From Amoebophrya sp. A120 (Eukaryota > Protista > Dinoflagellata), in the NCBI GenBank assembly GCA_905178155.1, contig CAJINV010000007.1, positions 672,898 through 736,897 of the forward strand: a stretch of 64,000 bases of DNA, written 5' to 3'. Below, piece by piece: positions 61,741 to 64,000 of this stretch (its first letter is position 1; every line of letters begins with the position of its first letter). Under the pieces are notes generated by a model. That model ran no database searches, was not told the DNA's origin, and was given only the letters and a program-made list of their open reading frames with translations. The position numbers and the translations under genes were made by a program.

Positions 61741-63900
61741 ATGGCCTGTTTTGGTGGAGGCAAGCTGAAAAAGGAGCGCGATGCCTTGGCGCAGCAAAAG
61801 CAGGACCTCGAGGCCAAGGTCGCGCAGCAGCAGGCCGAGGCACAGCAACTGAGGCAGAAGCTGCAGCAGGTTCTTATTTACATTCTTGTTTCACGAATGA
61901 TTTTATGAACTGCAAAAGTATCGTACTCCTACTCGTATAAATGCATTACAAATTTCCTCAGCATGAGAAATCAAATTTGCAATGCGGATTTACCGTAAAA
62001 AAAAGATTTGTAATGCAAGACTTGCATTTAATTATCCAAAAGGCGGAGACCCAAGCCAAAACCGCGAAGACAACCGCTGACGAAGAGAAGGGGCAGCGGG
62101 AAAACGTTATGCATTGCAAATATATCTGGGTCTGGAAACTTGTAATGCTGAATGGCCATGATTCACCGTGCCTTTCAGTGCAGTGCAGCATGACAAATTT
62201 TTCAAACGCTCTGTCCTGCGCAGGACGCATTACAAAGTGCGTTTTTGCAACATGAGGAAAGCGTGGTGCTTCATTTGCTGCTATATGCAATACAGATTTT
62301 TTAGGAATGCGAAACACGCAATACAGGCGCAATCATTCCAGACCCAGACATATTTGCATTTGATAAACGTGCAGAATCAACTGAATAAGGAGTTGACGAA
62401 GCTGCAAAAAGACAAAGACAAGGTGGACAAGAGGATGAAGATTCTCCAGCAGGAATTCACGATCCTGCAAATATCAAATGCAAAAGTGTCTGGGTCTGGG
62501 AGATTCTGAGACTTGTCATGCACGTTTTGCATGAGCCATGATTTCTGTAATGCATGCCGTAGCATCACAGATTTTTCGAGGGGTTCCTGATGCCTACTTC
62601 GCATGACAAATGCCCTATCCGCGTAGCAAAAATTACATTCCCTTTGCTACTCATGCAATGCAAATTTTTTTGGAATCCAAATGCAGCATCACAGGTTGCA
62701 TTCTTCCAGACCCAGACATTTTTGCATTTGATAGCAAACCGAGGCGGACAAAACCATCCAGCAATACGCGATAGGGGATTTGTATGCTCTGCAAGAAAAG
62801 TATCGTAGTACTAATCGCATTCATGCATTACAAATCTGGTTCCATATTAGGCAAATCAGCATGACAAATTCCATTTGTCATGCTGAGCGAATTTGTATTG
62901 CAATCACTACTAGCGCGATACTGTTCCAGTTCATAATTTGCGGAAGAAACCCTTTCTGCTCCTTTTCGAAGCCTACGACGGCGACAACGGGACCTTCCTG
63001 GGGGAGCAGCTTCTCATCGGAACGGGCGAGTTCGCGCTAATGGACCGCGCGGTGCACTCTCGCTACGACGTATGCAAGAAGAAAACTGTGGAAGTGTAAC
63101 TCTGTAATGCAGAATATGGAAGAGAGTTACATCTGTCATGCCAGACAGCCATGAAGTCCTCGTTCCATGTCAGTGTTTTCCCTTACAAGCCGCGCATGAC
63201 AGGTTTTTTCTATGATCATGTAGAGCAAATCTGTGATGCTGTCAGCCACAGAAAGTTACACTAACACAGTTTTTTTCTTGGATACGACGCGAGTAAGGAA
63301 CAAGCTTCCGCCAGCAAAAATCCGACGCGAAGGATACACGTGGTGTGTGAAGAGAGCAACGACCATATCCAGGAGAAAAACTGTGTTAGCGTAGGTGCTT
63401 TGGTGGAGTGATAGCATGACAAATTGGCTCTGCGTGACTTCTGATCGAGCCTGTCATGTTGCACAACTAGTACGTGAAAAGGAAAACGCACATGGAAACA
63501 AGTGGACTGCATGGCTGTCTGGCATGACAAGTGTAGCTGTGTTGGTTTTTGCTGCATTACAGAATTACAATTCTTAGGCAGTTTCTTTCTTGCATAGACC
63601 AGCTCGCGGTCAGATCCCTGTACCAAGAAGGCGGATCCAGTAGCTCCACCGCGTTTTCGCCCCCCTTGGCCGGCGGGACGTCTGCGAGCAGTCCACCGCC
63701 CGGGACGAACAGCAACAAAGTCGACTACCATTCCGTGCTCTACAAGGTTTGGCTGAAGCGGGGCAAGATGACAGCAAAGAGTGGAGCAGCAGCGGGAGGT
63801 TCTGCTGGCACGGAGCAGCCATTAGATTCGGAGCAGGAGCAAGACGAGGGGAAAGAAAAGCCCGCTGTATGGGAGCAAGTGGCGATGGAGCACAGCGAGA
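61741..63900 (+). CDS. Coiled-coil protein with possible C2-like segment; 3' partial
   Basis: Exons 61741-61869, 62043-62107, 62371-62471, 62739-62782, 62941-63070, 63290-63365, 63602-63900; MACFGGGKLKKERDALAQQKQDLEAK...; LLFEAYDGDNGTFLGEQLLIGTGEFAL. Confidence 0.7.
61870..62042 (+). other. Canonical GT-AG intron containing a truncated family E element (from 61904)
   Basis: CAG|GTTCTT...AAAAG|GCG; TATGAACTGCAAAAGTATCGTACTC at 61904 without a right TIR. Confidence 0.7.
62108..62365. mobile_element. Introner, family A
   Basis: DR AACGT/AACGT. Confidence 0.9.
62472..62733. mobile_element. Introner, family A
   Basis: DR GCAAA/GCAAA; inverted copy of 38686-38947. Confidence 0.9.
62783..62935. 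mobile_element. Introner, family E
   Basis: DR ATTTG/ATTTG. Confidence 0.85.
63071..63284. mobile_element. Introner, family G
   Basis: DR CGACG/CGACG. Confidence 0.9.
63366..63596. mobile_element. Introner, family G
   Basis: DR GACCA/GACCA. Confidence 0.9.
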
Positions 63901-64000
63901 TATTAAATGCAAAAGTAACTATGACTGGGTTGGGAAATTCAAATTTGTGTTGTTGAAGCTGCTTTATTTACAGAGTGGCAACTTGTACAGCATAGCAGCA
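63901..64000. mobile_element. Introner, family A-like, cut by window end
   Basis: TATTAAATGCAAAAGTAACTATGACTGGGTTGGG left end only. Confidence 0.65.

Noticed and set aside
2985-63956. Recurrent short ORF peptides (SNAKMSGSG, FQTQTFLHLI, PDPDIFAFD, IKCKNVWVWK) as a protein repeat family
   Set aside because: They are the different frame translations of the family A TIR, not proteins

Overview
Eukaryotic genomic DNA whose architecture matches the parasitic dinoflagellate Amoebophrya (Syndiniales); the organism is inferred from architecture only. Nine + strand genes can be reconstructed: a D6/D11-like SF2 helicase, a repeat-rich possibly secreted protein, a 191-aa orphan, two distant paralogues, a YbaK/ProX tRNA-editing protein, DNA topoisomerase II, a type I membrane protein and a partial coiled-coil protein. 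They are interrupted by 60 complete MITE-like elements of mostly 124-364 bp, from about nine terminal-inverted-repeat (TIR) families. Every element begins and ends with TA and is flanked by a 5-bp direct repeat (DR; 42 perfect, 18 imperfect by my manual count). Removing the element plus one DR copy restores the reading frame and conserved motifs at all 60 sites, although most lack GT-AG ends, so they behave as non-canonical transposon-derived introns (introners). The window also holds nine GT-AG introns, a 5'-truncated non-LTR retrotransposon nested in an introner TIR, a 1156-bp TIR element with a 5-bp duplication, an exonised TIR fragment and several tandem repeats. Gene models were spliced by hand and need RNA confirmation. 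No transposase is visible.
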